Source: Terriglobia bacterium (GTDB lineage: Bacteria > Acidobacteriota > Polarisedimenticolia > Polarisedimenticolales > JAIQFR01). Taken from it: 64,000 nt of DNA. The position numbers were made by a program, and so were the translations under genes. Shown here in pieces: positions 29,937-39,428 of the stretch. Under the pieces are notes generated by a model. The model made no database searches and was not told where the DNA came from. It was given only the letters and a program-made list of their open reading frames with translations. The stretch's first letter is position 1. Every line of letters starts with the position of its first letter. The DNA lies in assembly GCA_963748015.1 (NCBI GenBank), contig CAVVHE010000006.1, forward strand, positions 119,032-183,031, in the 5' to 3' direction.

Positions 29937-31358
29937 ATGGCCGAGACGAAGAAGCCCAAGCCGGCGGTTGCGGCCAAGGAGGCTGCGGTCCCGGTGTCGG
30001 GCTCCGTGGGGACCTTCAAGGAACGGTATGCCAGGGGGAAGGCCCTGCGGGAGAGCTGCCCCCGTGACGCGCACGCGATCTGGAAGCCCGCCAAGGATCG
30101 CCCGGACGCGGTCGAGCTGGTTCTGGAGGCCGAGAAGGGACGCCTGCCCGAGCTGTTGCCCCTCCGCCACGGGCGCATGGTCCGCTCCGCGTTCACCTTC
30201 TACCGGGGTTCGGCCCTCGCCATGGCCAGCGACCTCGCGTCCACCCCGGTCAGCGGGATCCGGGTCCAGTGTTGCGGGGATGCCCACCTGTGCAACTTCG
30301 GCGGGTTCGCGACGCCGGAGCGCCGGATCATCTTCTCCATCAACGACCTGGACGAGACCCTGCCGGCCCCCTGGGAGTGGGACGTCAAGCGCCTCGCGGC
30401 GAGCTTCGTCGTGGCGTGCCGGGACAACGGCCTGAGCGAGGCCGCAGCCAGGGACGCGGTCATGACCTGCGTCCGCACCTACCGCGAGTCCATGGCCGAG
30501 TTCAGCCAGATGAAGACGCTGGAGCTGTGGTATCGATCGCTGGGAGCGGACGAGCTGATCGCCGGTCTGAGCCCCGCCCTCCGGAAGCGCGCCTTGAAGC
30601 GCATCGAGAAGGAGAAAGCGAAGAGCCGCGGCGAGGAGATGTTCCCGAAGCTCGTGGAACACAAGGAAGGGAAGCCGCTGATCAAGGATCAGCTCCCGAC
30701 GATCTTCCACGCGAAGGATCTCCCGCCGGGCGAGATCAAGCAGGCCTTACTCGACACGCTCGCGTCCTACCGCGAGAGCCTGTCGCACTCCTCCCGATCC
30801 CTGCTCGATCGCTACGAGCCCCAGGACGTCGCCATCAAGGTGGTGGGGATCGGCAGCGTCGGGACCGCCTGCTGGGTGTTCCTCTTCATGGCCGGCGAAG
30901 ACGACCCGCTCTTCCTCCAGGTCAAGGAGGCGCGCTCCTCGGTGCTGGAGCCGTACGCCGGCCGGAGCGTCTTTCCGAACCACGGCCAGCGAGTCGTGAA
31001 CGGCTACCGGCTCATGCAGCCCGCGAGCGACATCTTCCTCGGGTGGTGCCGGGGCCCCAAGCGCGACTTCTTCGTCCGCCAGCTGAGGGACATCAAGATC
31101 AGCCTCATGGTGGAGACCTTCCGCGCCCCCGAGATGAGCGTCTACGGCACCTGGTGCGGCAGGGCGCTGGCCCTCTCCCACGCCCGCTCCGGAAGCCCTG
31201 CCACCCTCAGCGGGTACATGGGCAAGAGCGACGTCTTCGACCGGGCCATCGCGGCCTTCTCGGCGGCCTATGCCGACCAGAACGAGAAGGACCACGCCGC
31301 CCTCGACCGCGCCGTCCGCGGGGGAAAGGTGAAGGCGGTCTTCGAAGAGGCGCGGTGA
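29937..31358 (+). CDS. DUF2252-family protein (kinase-like fold)
   Basis: RHGRMVRSAFTFYRG, CGDAHLCNFG, INDLDET, PWEWDVKRL, KVVGIGSVGT, LQVKEA, VRQLRD, HARSG. Confidence 0.9.
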   Translation: MAETKKPKPAVAAKEAAVPVSGSVGTFKERYARGKALRESCPRDAHAIWKPAKDRPDAVELVLEAEKGRLPELLPLRHGRMVRSAFTFYRGSALAMASDLASTPVSGIRVQCCGDAHLCNFGGFATPERRIIFSINDLDETLPAPWEWDVKRLAASFVVACRDNGLSEAAARDAVMTCVRTYRESMAEFSQMKTLELWYRSLGADELIAGLSPALRKRALKRIEKEKAKSRGEEMFPKLVEHKEGKPLIKDQLPTIFHAKDLPPGEIKQALLDTLASYRESLSHSSRSLLDRYEPQDVAIKVVGIGSVGTACWVFLFMAGEDDPLFLQVKEARSSVLEPYAGRSVFPNHGQRVVNGYRLMQPASDIFLGWCRGPKRDFFVRQLRDIKISLMVETFRAPEMSVYGTWCGRALALSHARSGSPATLSGYMGKSDVFDRAIAAFSAAYADQNEKDHAALDRAVRGGKVKAVFEEAR

Positions 31359-31389
31359 GGCGCGGATCCGTGGCCCTCGTCTTGAGCGG

Positions 31390-31923
31390 TCAGAATCGCC
31401 AGTAGGCTCCGACCGACAGCGAGTTGAGGCTCGTGTCCACGTCGTACGTTTCCCACTCGGCGCGGACGCCAAGGCCCATGAAGAAGGTCCAGTCCACCCC
31501 TACGCCGTACAGCATCTGCCAGTTGTCCTCGTCGAACGTCGAGACGGCTTCGTCGATGGTGAACGAGCCCTTCGCGGAGATGTTGGCGTAGCCGACCTTG
31601 GCGAACAGCTGGATCTTCTTGCCGACGGGCAAGATTCCCCGCACGCTCAGGTCGTACGCCTCCAGGTCCGCCTCGACGGAGTTAGCGCCCGACGTGTCGC
31701 TGTGGCTGCCGAGATCGCGGTAAGACGCCTCCACGCCGACGAACTTGAAGAACGTCATTCCGGCGAACGCCTTCCATGCGGTCGCGCTGGTGTCGAAGCT
31801 GGCTGCCGCGTCCTGGAACTCGGCGCTGGTGCTCAACGCGCTCGCGCCCACGCAAATACCCGCGCTAGCGCTCGTGGCACACGCGGCCATCAGCAAGAAG
31901 AGAACCGGAACGAATCGCCTCAT
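31390..31923 (-). CDS. OmpA-like outer-membrane beta-barrel protein
   Basis: Signal peptide; WKAFAG...GVEASYRDLG, RGILPVG, GVRAEWE, C-terminal Phe; paralogous to 5302..5871. Confidence 0.82.
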   Translation of the reverse strand: MRRFVPVLFLLMAACATSASAGICVGASALSTSAEFQDAAASFDTSATAWKAFAGMTFFKFVGVEASYRDLGSHSDTSGANSVEADLEAYDLSVRGILPVGKKIQLFAKVGYANISAKGSFTIDEAVSTFDEDNWQMLYGVGVDWTFFMGLGVRAEWETYDVDTSLNSLSVGAYWRF

Positions 31924-32193
31924 GGAACGAATCCTCCCTTGGCTCGAAAATCAACGCTCCTGCGCGTCCGGGATGCCGCGGACGGTGCATTGTCACACGG
32001 CAAATCTAGGCAATGCGTTGCGGGATTCAAGGCCGCGGTTTTCCATGCGTCCCTCCCCCCCAAAAACACCGCGCATCCGCTTGTATTTCGCTGCCCCAAA
32101 CGGGTAGCATCGCAACCTAATCGGGTCGTCGCCGTCGGGTCGGGCCGACGCACGGAGTTGACCGGTTCGTCGGCGGAAGAGAAGGGGGCATCC

Positions 32194-33414
32194 ATGCGTT
32201 CTCCACTCTTCCTCGGCGCCGCCGCGCCGCGAGGCACGCGCGTCGCCGGGCCCCGGATCCACTCCGCGGCGCTCGTTTTCATCATCCTGGCTCTTCTTGC
32301 GGCTTCCGGGTGCGGCAAGGACCGCGCGAAGACGGGCCCGGGCGACGGGGGCCCGGTCGAGGTCGTCGCGCTGACGGTGGCCTCGCGGGACGTCCCCGTT
32401 TCCTTCGAGTACGTCGCGCAGGCCCAGAGCTCTCGCCAGGTGAACATCCAGGCGCGCGTCAGCGGTTTTCTGGAGAAAAGGGTCTACACCGAGGGGAGTC
32501 CGGTCAAGGAAGGGCAGGTGCTCTTCCTCATGGATGCCAAGCCGTTCGAGGTCCAGGTCGAAGCGCAGGCGGCGGCGCTGGCGAGGCAGCAGGCGGCCCT
32601 CGAGGTCGCGCGGGCCGACCTCGAGCGCACGAAACCGCTGACGGCCGCGAACGCGCTCTCCCAGAAGGACCTGGACGACGCCAACGGCCAGTTCCTCGGC
32701 ACGTCGGCGGCGGTCGAGGAGGCGAAGGCCCGGCTGGAGACGGCGAAGCTCAGCCTGTCGTACTGCACCATCGTTTCCCCCGTGAGCGGCATCACGAGCG
32801 CCGCCCTCCAGCAGGACGGCACCTACATCAGTCCCCAGAACAGCCTCCTGACCACCGTCGCGGTGCTCTCCCCCATCTGGGTGAATTTCAGCCTCTCCCA
32901 GAACGAGATGCAGACGTACCGTGAACAGCTCGCGACGGGCCGGCTACGCGGACCCAAGGACGGCAGCTACCTCGTCGAGGTCCTCCTCACCGACGGCTCC
33001 GTCTTCCCGCACACCGGCCGCATCACCTTCGCCGCGCCGTCGTTCAGCGCCCAGACGGGAACTTTTCTCGTCCGCGCCAGCGTCGACAATCCGGAAGGGA
33101 TCCTCCGACCGAACGCGTACGTGCGCGTCCGGCTGAGCGGAGCCGTGCGGCCCGCTGCGATCCTCGTCCCCCAGCGGTCCGTGCAGCAGGGCTCGGAGGG
33201 GCATTTTGTCTGGGTGGTCGACAAGGAGAGCAAGGCCAGGCCGCGCCCCGTCCAGGTCGGCGAATGGCACGGGAACGACTGGTTCGTGTCCGAGGGCCTG
33301 CACGCCGGAGACCAGGTGATCGTGGACGGCACCCTCGCGCTGCGGGCGGGCTCGCCCGTCGTCGTGAAGTCCGCGCCGGCCGCCCCGGCAGATGCTACCG
33401 GATCGGTGCGCTGA
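32194..33414 (+). CDS. RND efflux periplasmic adaptor (MFP)
   Basis: ARVSGFLEK...EGSPVKEGQVLF, LSYCTIVSPVSG, TGTFLVRA, GLHAGDQVIVDG. Confidence 0.92.
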   Translation: MRSPLFLGAAAPRGTRVAGPRIHSAALVFIILALLAASGCGKDRAKTGPGDGGPVEVVALTVASRDVPVSFEYVAQAQSSRQVNIQARVSGFLEKRVYTEGSPVKEGQVLFLMDAKPFEVQVEAQAAALARQQAALEVARADLERTKPLTAANALSQKDLDDANGQFLGTSAAVEEAKARLETAKLSLSYCTIVSPVSGITSAALQQDGTYISPQNSLLTTVAVLSPIWVNFSLSQNEMQTYREQLATGRLRGPKDGSYLVEVLLTDGSVFPHTGRITFAAPSFSAQTGTFLVRASVDNPEGILRPNAYVRVRLSGAVRPAAILVPQRSVQQGSEGHFVWVVDKESKARPRPVQVGEWHGNDWFVSEGLHAGDQVIVDGTLALRAGSPVVVKSAPAAPADATGSVR

Positions 33415-33432
33415 GCGCGGAGGGTCGCAGCC

Positions 33433-36400
33433 ATGTTCTCGAAGTTCTTCATCGAGCGACCGATCTTCGCGTCGGTGATCTCGATCATCCTGTGCCTGGC
33501 CGGCCTGGTGGCCATGCGCGCTCTGCCGATCGAGCAGTACCCCACCATCACCCCCGTGCAGGTGACCGTCAGCGCCACCTATCCGGGCGCCGACTCGAAG
33601 ACGCTCGCCGACTCGGTGGCGGCGCCGATCGAGGCCCAGATCAACGGCGTCGACAACATGCTCTACATGACGTCGACCAGCTCCTCCACGGGGATGCTGA
33701 ACCTCACCGTCTATTTCTCGCTCGACACCGACCCGGACATCGCGCAGGTCCAGGTGCAGAACCGGGTCAACCTCGCCGTCCCGCAGCTTCCCTCGGCCGT
33801 GGTCCAGCAGGGCGTGTCGGTGCAGAAGAAATCCTCGTCGATCATGATGCTGATCGGCATCTACTCGAAGGAGAAGCGCTACAGCAGCGAGTACATCGCC
33901 AATTACGCGAACGTGTACGTCCTCGACGCGCTCAAGCGGATCCCCGGCGCCGGGCAGGCGTCGATCATGGGGGTTCCCGACCAGGCCATGCGGATCTGGA
34001 TGAATCCGGATCGCATGGCCTCGCTCAAGATCACCACCAGCGACATCCAGCGCGCGGTGTCCAGCCAGAACGCCCTCTACGGCGCGGGACAGATCGGCCA
34101 GCAGCCCACGGCGGGGCGCGTCGAGCTGACGTTCCCGGTGGTCACCCAGGGAGCCTTCACGGACCCGTCCGGCTACGAGAACATCATTCTCCTCGCCGGC
34201 GAGGGCGAGGGCGCCATCGTCCGCCTGAAGGACGTCGCGCGGGTCGAGGTGGGACTCCGGCAGTACGTCGTGGACAGCAGGCTGAACGGCTTGCCGGCCA
34301 CCTTCGTCGCCGTCTACCAGCAACCCGGCGCGAATGCGCTCCAGGTCTCGCAGGCGGTTCGCGAGGCTCTCGAAGGGATGAAGGCGCGCTTCCCCGACGG
34401 GCTGGACTACCTGGTGTCGCTGGACACCACCGAGTTCGTCCGTCTCTCCATCGACGAGGTCATCGAGACCCTGTTCATCGCCATCGCCCTGGTGGTCCTC
34501 GTCGTCTACCTCTTCCTGCAGAACTTCCGTGCCACCGTCATCTGCTCGATCGCGGTCGTCGTCGCGCTGCTCGGCACGTTCCCCTTCATGCTCGCCCTCG
34601 GGTTCTCCGTCAACCTGCTGACGCTCTTCGGACTGGTGCTAGCCATCGGCATCGTCGTGGACGACGCGATCGTCGTCGTGGAGAACGTCGAGCGCAACAT
34701 GATCCAGCGCCACCTCGGCACGAAGGAAGCCACCATCGCCGCGATGGGGGAGGTGGTGAGCCCCGTCATCGCGACGGTTCTGGTCATGGCCTCCATCTTC
34801 GTCCCCGCCTCCTTCCTTCCGGGCACGACGGGGCAGCTCTACAAGCAGTTCGCGATCACGATCGCGATCTCGGTCGCGATCTCCGGGTTCGTCGCCCTCA
34901 CCCTGACCCCGGCGATGTGCGGCGTCCTGCTGAGGCACAAGGCGCCGCCGAAGCGAGGGCCCTTCGCCTGGTTCAACCGCCAGTTCGACGCCATGACCCA
35001 GGGCTTCGGACGGATGGTGGTGGCGATCATCCGCCGAAAGCTCATCGCGCTGGCGTTCCTCGCCGTGTTCGTGGCGGGGATCGTGTTCTTCTTCAAAGTG
35101 CTGCCGACCAGCTTCGTGCCGAACGAGGACCAGGGCTACGTCATGACGGCCGTCGTGATGCCGGATGCCGCCAGCCTCGACCGGACCGACGAGGTCACCA
35201 CACGGGCCGACGCGATCTTCGCCGAGACGCCGGGAGTCGCCGACCGCACGCAGATCACCGGCTACAGCCTGCTGGACGGCGGCCTGAAGACGAACGCCGG
35301 GACTCTCTTCGTGACGCTGAAGCCGTACGACGAGCGCTACGATTCCGCGAAGAAGGCCCGGGCCGAGAACGCGGGGGCGGTGCTGAGGAGCGTGTACGCG
35401 CGCAGCCGGGAGATTCGCGAGGGAATGGTCATCCCCGTCGCTCCTCCGGCGATCCCCGGCATCGGAACGACCGGCGGATTCGAGTTCTGGATCCAGGACC
35501 GCGGCGCCGGGGATCCCGCCCGGCTCGACGAGCTGACCCGGAAGCTCCTCGGCAAGGCACGGGAGCGCCCGGAGCTGACGGGGCTGAACAGCACCTTTCG
35601 CTCGAACACCGTGCAGCTGCGCGCCGAGGTCGACCGCGAGAAGGCGACGCTGCTGGGCGTTTCCGTACAGGACGTCTACAACGCGATCCAGGCCCAGTTC
35701 GGCTCGCTGACGGCCAGTCAATTCAACCAGTTCAGCCGCGTCTGGTGGGTCGTGCTCCAGTCGGACCCCCGATACCGGCAGAGCCCCAGCGACCTCACGC
35801 GCCTCTACACGCGCTCGAGCCAGGGCGAGATGGTGCCGCTCTCCGCGGTGGTCAAGACGTCGTGGGTGGCGGGGCCCGATCTCCTGCCGCACTTCAACGG
35901 CCTCCCGGCCGCCAAGGTGAACGGCTCGCCCGCCCCCGGCTACAGCTCGGGCCAGGCCATCCAGGCGATGGAGGAGGTCGCCGGAGAGGTCCTGCCCGCC
36001 GGCTACACCTTCGCATGGTCGGGGCTCGCCTTCGAGGAAACCAAGTCGGCGGGGACCTCCACGTCCGCGTTCGTCTTCGGCTTCATCATCGTGTTCCTCG
36101 TCCTGGCCGCGCAGTACGAGTCGTGGACGCTGCCCGGCGCGGTCATGACCGCCGTGCCGTTCGGCATCCTGGGAGCGCTGCTCCTGAACTGGATCCGGGG
36201 GCTCGAGAACGACGTCTACTTCCAGATCGGACTGCTCGTGCTCATCGGCCTGGGGGCGAAGAACGCGCTGCTTCGGGTGACCTTCGCGGTGGACCTGCGC
36301 AAGCAGGGAAAGTCGCTGATGGACGCCACGATCGAGGCGGGGGAGATGCGCCTGAGGCCGATCATCATGACGTCCCTCGCGTTCGTCCTCGGCGTGCTGC

Positions 36401-36597
36401 CGCTGGCCGTCGCCATGGGGGTGGGCGCCAACTCGCGACACTCCATCGGCACGGGAATCATCGGCGGGATGCTCGGGGAGACCACGCTGGCGATGCTCTA
36501 CGTCCCGCTGTTCTTCTACATCTTCGAGAGTTTCTCCGAGTGGCTGCGTGACCGGAAGAAGTCGCCGTCTCCCGCCGCGCGCAAGGAGGGGGACTGA
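33433..36597 (+). CDS. RND efflux permease (HAE1/AcrB-like)
   Basis: FFIERPIFA, YPGA, GLVLAIGIVVDDAIVVVENVER, ALTLTPAMC, AKNA, RLRPIIMTSLAF. Confidence 0.95.
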   Translation: MFSKFFIERPIFASVISIILCLAGLVAMRALPIEQYPTITPVQVTVSATYPGADSKTLADSVAAPIEAQINGVDNMLYMTSTSSSTGMLNLTVYFSLDTDPDIAQVQVQNRVNLAVPQLPSAVVQQGVSVQKKSSSIMMLIGIYSKEKRYSSEYIANYANVYVLDALKRIPGAGQASIMGVPDQAMRIWMNPDRMASLKITTSDIQRAVSSQNALYGAGQIGQQPTAGRVELTFPVVTQGAFTDPSGYENIILLAGEGEGAIVRLKDVARVEVGLRQYVVDSRLNGLPATFVAVYQQPGANALQVSQAVREALEGMKARFPDGLDYLVSLDTTEFVRLSIDEVIETLFIAIALVVLVVYLFLQNFRATVICSIAVVVALLGTFPFMLALGFSVNLLTLFGLVLAIGIVVDDAIVVVENVERNMIQRHLGTKEATIAAMGEVVSPVIATVLVMASIFVPASFLPGTTGQLYKQFAITIAISVAISGFVALTLTPAMCGVLLRHKAPPKRGPFAWFNRQFDAMTQGFGRMVVAIIRRKLIALAFLAVFVAGIVFFFKVLPTSFVPNEDQGYVMTAVVMPDAASLDRTDEVTTRADAIFAETPGVADRTQITGYSLLDGGLKTNAGTLFVTLKPYDERYDSAKKARAENAGAVLRSVYARSREIREGMVIPVAPPAIPGIGTTGGFEFWIQDRGAGDPARLDELTRKLLGKARERPELTGLNSTFRSNTVQLRAEVDREKATLLGVSVQDVYNAIQAQFGSLTASQFNQFSRVWWVVLQSDPRYRQSPSDLTRLYTRSSQGEMVPLSAVVKTSWVAGPDLLPHFNGLPAAKVNGSPAPGYSSGQAIQAMEEVAGEVLPAGYTFAWSGLAFEETKSAGTSTSAFVFGFIIVFLVLAAQYESWTLPGAVMTAVPFGILGALLLNWIRGLENDVYFQIGLLVLIGLGAKNALLRVTFAVDLRKQGKSLMDATIEAGEMRLRPIIMTSLAFVLGVLPLAVAMGVGANSRHSIGTGIIGGMLGETTLAMLYVPLFFYIFESFSEWLRDRKKSPSPAARKEGD

Positions 36598-36598
36598 C

Positions 36599-38005
36599 AT
36601 GCGCCGAGCCATCGTGGCGCTGCTCGTCCTGCCGCTCACCGGCTGCATGATGGGGCCCGACTATCAGCGTCCCGCGGTGGATGCGCCGCCCGCCTTCCGC
36701 TACGAGACGGCGGATGCCCAGGAGACCGCGAACACGACCTGGTGGCAGCAGTTCCAGGACCCGGTGCTCGACGGGCTCATCGCCGAGGCTCTCGCCAACA
36801 ACCTGACCGTCAAGATCGCCGCCGCGAACGTCGAGCAGGCCGCCGCGGTGTTCACCCAGGTCCGCTCGCCGCTCTATCCCCAGGTCGGCTACGGCGCCGG
36901 CGGCGCGCGTGAGCGGGCGAGCGAAGCGGGGTCGGTATCCGTCCCGTTCGAGGTCCCGAATCCCCGGGACTCGTACCAGGTTCTCGCCGGCGCTAGCTGG
37001 GAAATCGATCTCTGGGGCCGGATCCGGCGCCTCTCGGAGTCGGCGCGAGCGCAGGTGCTCGCCACCGAGGAAGCCCGCCGCGGCGTGATTCTCAGCCTCG
37101 TGGCCTCCGTCGCCAACGGCTACCTCCAGCTCCGCGGCCTGGACGAGCAGCTCGCGATCGCGATGCGCACCAGGGACGTCTACGCGGCGTCCGTGAGCCT
37201 CTTCGAGCTGCAATTCAAGTACGGCCTGAAATCCGGGATGACGGTGGAGCAGGCGCGGACCCAGTACGAGACCGCCGCCGCCGCCATTCCGCAGCTCGAG
37301 GCGCAGATCGCGCAGACCGAGAACTCGATCTCGATCCTGCTCGGCCGCAATCCCGGCCCGATCCAGCGGGGGAAGTCGATCAACGATTTCGCGTTGCCGA
37401 CGATCCCGGCCGGCGTTCCCTCGCAGGTGCTCGAGCGCCGCCCCGACGTCCGGCAGGCCGAGCAGAACCTGGTCGCCCTGAACGCCCAGATCGGCGCGGC
37501 CAAGGCACGCTACTTCCCCACGATCTCCCTCACCGGGACCTTCGGCACGGCGAGCGCCGAGCTGTCGAACCTCTTCAAGGGGTCGGCGCGGGTCTGGAGC
37601 TACGGCGGCTCGATCACGGGCCCGATCTTCGCGGGCGGAGCCATCACGGCCCAGGTCCGGCAGGCCGAGGCCGCGCGGAAAGGCGCCGAGCTGGGCTACG
37701 CGGCGGCGATCCAGAGCGCGTTCGCCGACGTGGATGACGCGCTGGTCAAGCGGGAGAAGCTCGTCGAGCAGCTGGCGGCCCAGGCGCGTTTGGTCACCGC
37801 TTCCCGGGAGTACGCGCGGCTGGCGCGCCTCCAGTTCGACGGGGGCGTCACCCCCTACCTGACGGTGCTGCAGGCAGAGCAGCAGCTCTTCCCCGCCGAG
37901 CTCAACGAGGCCCAGCTCCGCTCGTCGCTCTTCGCCGCCACGGTCAACGTGTACAAGGCGATGGGAGGCGGTTGGGTCGAGGTGGCGGAGGAGGGAGCCC
38001 GGTAG
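36599..38005 (+). CDS. RND outer-membrane factor lipoprotein (NodT/OprM-like)
   Basis: Lipobox LTGC, GPDYQRP, WWQQFQDPVL, WEIDLWG, RRPDVRQAE, YKAMGGGW. Confidence 0.93.
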   Translation: MRRAIVALLVLPLTGCMMGPDYQRPAVDAPPAFRYETADAQETANTTWWQQFQDPVLDGLIAEALANNLTVKIAAANVEQAAAVFTQVRSPLYPQVGYGAGGARERASEAGSVSVPFEVPNPRDSYQVLAGASWEIDLWGRIRRLSESARAQVLATEEARRGVILSLVASVANGYLQLRGLDEQLAIAMRTRDVYAASVSLFELQFKYGLKSGMTVEQARTQYETAAAAIPQLEAQIAQTENSISILLGRNPGPIQRGKSINDFALPTIPAGVPSQVLERRPDVRQAEQNLVALNAQIGAAKARYFPTISLTGTFGTASAELSNLFKGSARVWSYGGSITGPIFAGGAITAQVRQAEAARKGAELGYAAAIQSAFADVDDALVKREKLVEQLAAQARLVTASREYARLARLQFDGGVTPYLTVLQAEQQLFPAELNEAQLRSSLFAATVNVYKAMGGGWVEVAEEGAR

Positions 38006-38015
38006 GGCCCATCTC

Positions 38016-38621
38016 CTACCAGGCGCTCTTCTTGAATCCGTCGGTCGGGACCCAGTTCGAGTCGGTCGGTGCCTGCTGCCAGGTGGACCGGCTATCCGCG
38101 AGCACGTCTTCCTTCGCGTCGTAAGCCGACGTCGGTGTCCAGTTCGGGTCGATCGAGGACTGCGCCCACTTCGAAGGATTCCAGTTGTTCTGCGTACCGG
38201 GGTCCATGTTCCAGTCGCTCTCGGGAACCCAGTTCGGGTCGATGGAGGATTTCTGCCACTCCGCGGGCTTCCCGAAGACCGCGAGCTGCTCGTCGGTTGT
38301 AGCGGGCTCGACGGGCCTGCCCGCGAGCGTCCGCGGTCCGCCGATCTCGATCCCCGTCGGCCCCTCCGGTATTCCCTCGATCTTGGGCGGCGCGGTCTCC
38401 GAGGGACCGGTGAGCCGGACCTGGTCCACGAGATCGACCGGCATCGTGACGTCGCCCGTGGCCGTGGTCAGGACGTAGACGTCCCCCTCTTTCCGGACCG
38501 ACTCTCCGCGAACCACCTGGCCGTCCACCAGCACCAGCTCCGCACCCCCGAGGGCCACCGCCGTCGCCAGGTACGCGGCACCCAGGGCGAGGACGAGGCG
38601 GCGAAGGCTCCTCCCGTTCAT
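38016..38621 (-). CDS. Secreted hypothetical protein with three Trp-rich C-terminal repeats
   Basis: Signal peptide; WQKSSIDPNWVP, WAQSSIDPNWTP, WQQAPTDSNWVP; ATG 6 nt after a TATGCT -10. Confidence 0.7.
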   Translation of the reverse strand: MNGRSLRRLVLALGAAYLATAVALGGAELVLVDGQVVRGESVRKEGDVYVLTTATGDVTMPVDLVDQVRLTGPSETAPPKIEGIPEGPTGIEIGGPRTLAGRPVEPATTDEQLAVFGKPAEWQKSSIDPNWVPESDWNMDPGTQNNWNPSKWAQSSIDPNWTPTSAYDAKEDVLADSRSTWQQAPTDSNWVPTDGFKKSAW

Positions 38622-38636
38622 ATCGTCAGCATACCC

Positions 38637-38693
38637 CATGGTGGACGCGAGATTGTGGGATGTCCGACACCCCACAATCTCGCGTCCACCATG
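38637..38693. repeat. 57-bp near-perfect palindrome between divergent genes
   Basis: Perfect 23-bp arms CATGGTGGACGCGAGATTGTGGG (38637-38659) and CCCACAATCTCGCGTCCACCATG (38671-38693), with inner TGTC/GACA pairing. Confidence 0.92.
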
Positions 38694-38739
38694 TATGATG
38701 GACCGGTCCGGTCTGTGACCGGCGTCGAGGAGGAACCCC

Positions 38740-39303
38740 ATGCTCAGGAAACTCGCGGCTGTCCTGTCCGGCGCGCTGCTCGCCGCGCTCGTTGCTCCCG
38801 GCCTCTGCACGGCTACCCGGGCCGAGGAGGCGAAGGCGCCCTCCCCGGCGGAGCCTCAGACCAACGTTCGCGTCACGATCCGCCTCGGCAGGATGGAGCA
38901 GGGGAAGCGCAACGTGTTGAAGAGCTACGACCTCGTCGTAGCGGCGGGAACCGTCGGCTCGAAGCTACTGAGCGGCGCCAGGGTTCCGATCCCGACCGCC
39001 GGCAGCGATGCCGCCGAGAAGGGCGTGGGGAACGACGGCGCAACCCGCTTCGTCTACCAGAACATCGGTTTCTCGGTCGACGCGAAGGTGTGGATCGTCG
39101 GCGACAAGAAGATCAAGCTCCTCGCTGAGCTCGAGGACAGCCGCGTCAAGGAGCGCACCGGGAACCAGCCCCCCTTCGTCGAGACCCGGCAACTGTCGAT
39201 CAACGCGATCCTCTCGGATGGAGCACCGCTGGAGGTGACGCGGGTCGAGGGAGAGGCGGATCAGCCGGGATTCGTGGAGATCGAGGCGAAGGTCCTGCGG
39301 TAG
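38740..39303 (+). CDS. Secreted hypothetical protein (187 aa)
   Basis: GAGGAGG RBS, signal peptide; GARVPIPT...FVYQNIG is loosely like secretin-domain strands. Confidence 0.72.
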   Translation: MLRKLAAVLSGALLAALVAPGLCTATRAEEAKAPSPAEPQTNVRVTIRLGRMEQGKRNVLKSYDLVVAAGTVGSKLLSGARVPIPTAGSDAAEKGVGNDGATRFVYQNIGFSVDAKVWIVGDKKIKLLAELEDSRVKERTGNQPPFVETRQLSINAILSDGAPLEVTRVEGEADQPGFVEIEAKVLR

Positions 39304-39337
39304 CCGTCTCGCGCGCGGCGCCCCCCAGCGGGCCGCC

Positions 39338-39406
39338 CGGACTCGGCGGCTTGGGTTCGTAGCCGGCCCTTTTTCGGGCCGGCGAGAACCCAAGCCGCCG
39401 AGTCCG
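39338..39406. terminator. Long hairpin between convergent genes (bidirectional terminator or REP-like element)
   Basis: Perfect 21-bp outer arms 39338-39358 / 39386-39406 plus inner 8-bp stem GCCGGCCC/GGGCCGGC around a TTTTTC loop. Confidence 0.7.
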
Positions 39407-39428
39407 AGCGGCGAGAGTAACAGCCTTC

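Noticed and set aside
33264..36551. 1095-aa alternative-frame ORF over the RND permease, and similar long shadow ORFs (24920-27823, 19806-21683, 34639-36648, 54839-56806)
   Set aside because: Arg/Gly/Pro-rich or antisense translations with no motifs, expected from stop-codon scarcity in high-GC DNA; each overlaps a clearly recognisable gene
38965..39428. ORF-track C-terminal extension of the 40158 protein across the hairpin and the opposite-strand gene
   Set aside because: Artefact of the frameshift near 39534; the repaired frame ends at 39429 with a coherent sorting signal
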